A stretch of DNA of 64,000 nt from the human T2T-CHM13v2.0 reference genome, Homo sapiens, in NCBI RefSeq assembly GCF_009914755.1, contig NC_060942.1; one strand, given 5' to 3'. Under the pieces are notes generated by a model. The model had not been told where the DNA came from. It made no database searches and saw nothing but the letters and a program-made list of their open reading frames with translations. The first letter of the stretch is position 1, and every line of letters begins with the position of its first letter. Shown piece by piece: positions 62,001 to 64,000 of this stretch. The translations under genes were made by a program, and so were the position numbers.

Positions 62001-64000
62001 GCAGTTTTGAAACACTCTTTTTCTGGAATCTGCAAGAGTATATTTGCCTAGCCTTGAGGATTTCGTTGGAAACGGGATTGTCTTCAGAGAAAATCTAGAC
62101 AGAAGCATTCTCAGAAACTTCTTTGGGATGCTTGCATTCAAGTCACAGAGTAGAACATTCCCTTTGGTAGAGCAGGTTTGAAACACTCTTTTTGTAGTAT
62201 CTGGAAGTGGACATTTGGAGCGCTTTCAGGCCTACGTTGGAAAAGGAAATATCTTCCCATAACAACTAGACAGAAGCATTCTCAGAAACTAGTTTCTGAT
62301 GTGTGTCCTCAACTAACACAGTTGAACATTTCTTTAGACAGAACAGTTTTGAAACACTCTTTTTGTGGAATCTGCAAGTGGCTATTTGGCTAGATTTGAG
62401 GATTTCGTTGGAAACGGGATTACATATAAAAAGCAGTCAGCGGCATTCTCAGAAAGTTCTTTGTGATGATTGCATTCAAGTCACAGAATTGAACATTCCC
62501 TTTCACAGAGCAGGTTTGAAACACTCTTTTTGTAGTGTGTGTAAGTGGACATTTGGAGCACTTACCGGCCTAAGGTGAAAAAGGAAATATCTTCCCATAA
62601 AAACTAGACAGAAGCATTCTCAGAAACTTACTCGTGATGTGTGTCCTCAACTAAAGGAGTAGAACCTTTCTTTTCATAGAGAAGTTTTGAAACGCTCTTT
62701 TTGTGGAATCTGCAAGTGGATATTTGGCTAGTTTTGAGGATTTCGTTGGAAGCGGGAATTCATACAAATTGCAGACTGCAGCGTTCTGAGAAACATCTTT
62801 GTGATGTTTGTATTCAGGACACAGAGTTGAACATTCCCTATCATAGAGCAGGTTTGAATCACTCCTTTTGTAGTATCTGGAAGTGGACATTTGGAGCGCT
62901 TTCAGGCCTATGTTGGAAAAGGAAATATCTTCCCATAACAACTAGACAGAAGCATTCTCAGAAACTTATTTGAGATGTGTGTACTCAACTAAGAGAATTG
63001 AACCACCGTTTTGAAGGAGCAGTTTTGAAACTCTCTTTTTCTGGAATCTGCAAGTGGATATTTGGCTAGCTTTGGGGATTTCGCTGGAAGCGGGAATACA
63101 TATAAAAAGCACACAGCAGCGTTCTGAGAAACTGCTTTCTGATGTTTGCATTCAAGTCAAAAGTTGAACACTCCCTTTCATAGAGCAGTCCTGAAACACC
63201 CCTTTTGTAGTATCTGGAACTGGACTTTTGGAGCGATTTCAGGGCTAAGGTGAAAAAGGAAATATCTTCCCATAAAAACTGGACAGAAGCATTCTCAGAA
63301 ACTTGTTTATGCTGTATCTACTCAACTAACAAAGTTGAACCTTTCTTTTGATAGAGCAGTTTTGAAATGGTCTTTTTGTGGAATCTGCAAGTGGATATTT
63401 GGCTAGTTTTGAGGATTTCGTTGGAAGCGGGAATTCATACAAATTGCAGACTGCAGCGTTCTGAGAAACATCTTTGTGATGTTTGTATTCAGGACACAGA
63501 GTTGAACATTCCCTATCATAGAGCAGGTTGGAATCACTCCTTTTGTAGTATCTGGAAGTGGACATTTGGAGCGCTTTCAGGCCTATTTTGGAAAGGGAAA
63601 TATCTTCCCGTAACAACTATGCAGAAGCATTCTCAGAAACTTGTTTGTGATGTGTGCCCTCTACTGACAGAGTTGAACCTTTCTTTTCATAGAGCAGTTT
63701 TGAAACACTCTTTTTGTAGAATCTGCAAGAGGATATTTGCATAGCTTTGAGGATTTCGTGGGAAACGGGATTGTCTTCAGGTAAAATCTAGACAGAAGCA
63801 TTCTCAGAAACTTCTTTGGGATGTTTGCATTCAAGTCACAGAGTAGAACATTCCCTTTGGTAGAGCAGGTTTGAAACACTCTTTTTGTAGTATCTGGAAG
63901 TGGACATTTGGAGCGCTTTCAGGCCCATGTTGGAAAGGGAAATATCTTCCCGTAACAACTAGGCAGAAGCATTCTCAGAAACTTATTTGAGATGTGTGTA

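Larger units (their letters stand above)
1..64000 (+). repeat. Centromeric alpha-satellite higher-order repeat array: 12-mer, 2035-bp unit, ~31.45 tandem copies in one orientation
   Basis: Seen in sequence: ~171-bp monomers with alphoid hallmarks (CATTCTCAGAAACT, TTTGAAACACTCTTTTTGT, GGAATCTGCAAGTGGATATTTGG, GGAAATATCTTCCC). Every ORF-track entry recurs at exactly +2035 bp across the window (241, 2276, 4311 ... 63326). Confidence 0.99.
1..64000 (+). repeat. D18Z1: Probable identity: human chromosome 18 active centromeric array D18Z1 (SF2, dimeric D1/D2 type)
   Basis: Seen: 12-mer of 2035 bp, CENP-B box in every second monomer, EcoRI GAATTC at 346-351 and 1706-1711 giving 1360- and 675-bp fragments. 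Established knowledge (from recall): D18Z1 is an SF2 12-mer with ~1.36 kb and ~0.68 kb EcoRI periodicities. Not confirmed by alignment. Confidence 0.85.

Noticed and set aside
241-63879. Nine short ORFs (61-125 aa) per unit on both strands, repeated about 31 times
   Set aside because: They are translations of alpha-satellite monomers. They overlap on both strands, several begin at non-ATG codons, and they show no recognisable domain or gene structure. Similar 'hypothetical proteins' in databases typically come from alphoid contamination.
1-64000. CRISPR-like repeat/spacer array (conserved GAAGCATTCTCAGAAACT with variable intervening sequence)
   Set aside because: The intervening ~150-bp segments are mutually homologous alphoid sequence recurring identically every 2035 bp, not unique spacers. 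There are no cas genes and no leader.
1-64000. Hidden insertion (L1/Alu), inversion or truncated HOR
   Set aside because: The strict 2035-bp periodicity of all ORF coordinates and the constant strand pattern leave no room for one.
1-64000. X-chromosome DXZ1 12-mer as the identity
   Set aside because: DXZ1 is a ~2057-bp pentamer-derived (SF3) 12-mer. This unit is 2035 bp with strict dimeric alternation of CENP-B boxes and a 1360/675 EcoRI pattern.
1-64000. A previously undescribed biological system
   Set aside because: Everything visible is explained by a known class of centromeric satellite. Only fine-scale variant patterns are potentially new.

Overview
The whole 64 kb window is one uninterrupted, head-to-tail array of primate centromeric alpha-satellite DNA. 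It is organised as a 12-monomer higher-order repeat (HOR) of exactly 2035 bp, with about 31.45 copies. CENP-B-box monomers alternate with pJalpha-type monomers, giving six intact CENP-B boxes per HOR. Two EcoRI sites per HOR give 1360 + 675 bp fragments. This architecture best fits the active human chromosome 18 array D18Z1 (suprachromosomal family 2), an assignment made from recall rather than a database search. There are no genes, RNA genes, mobile elements or CRISPR arrays; every ORF in the track is a by-product of the repeat. I found no new biological system. The informative signal is array evolution: extreme homogeneity (no net indels, only 15 substitutions that I could spot), a localised A>G variant lineage confined to about 18-42 kb with a two-HOR alternating run, a recurrent T>G change that copies an intra-HOR paralogue, all four two-site haplotypes across 197 bp, near-identical internal patches that show how the 12-mer was built, and a perfect 18-bp palindrome once per HOR. 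Variants were found by eye and from ORF-track differences, so the list may be incomplete. HOR copy n is defined as starting at 1+2035*(n-1).
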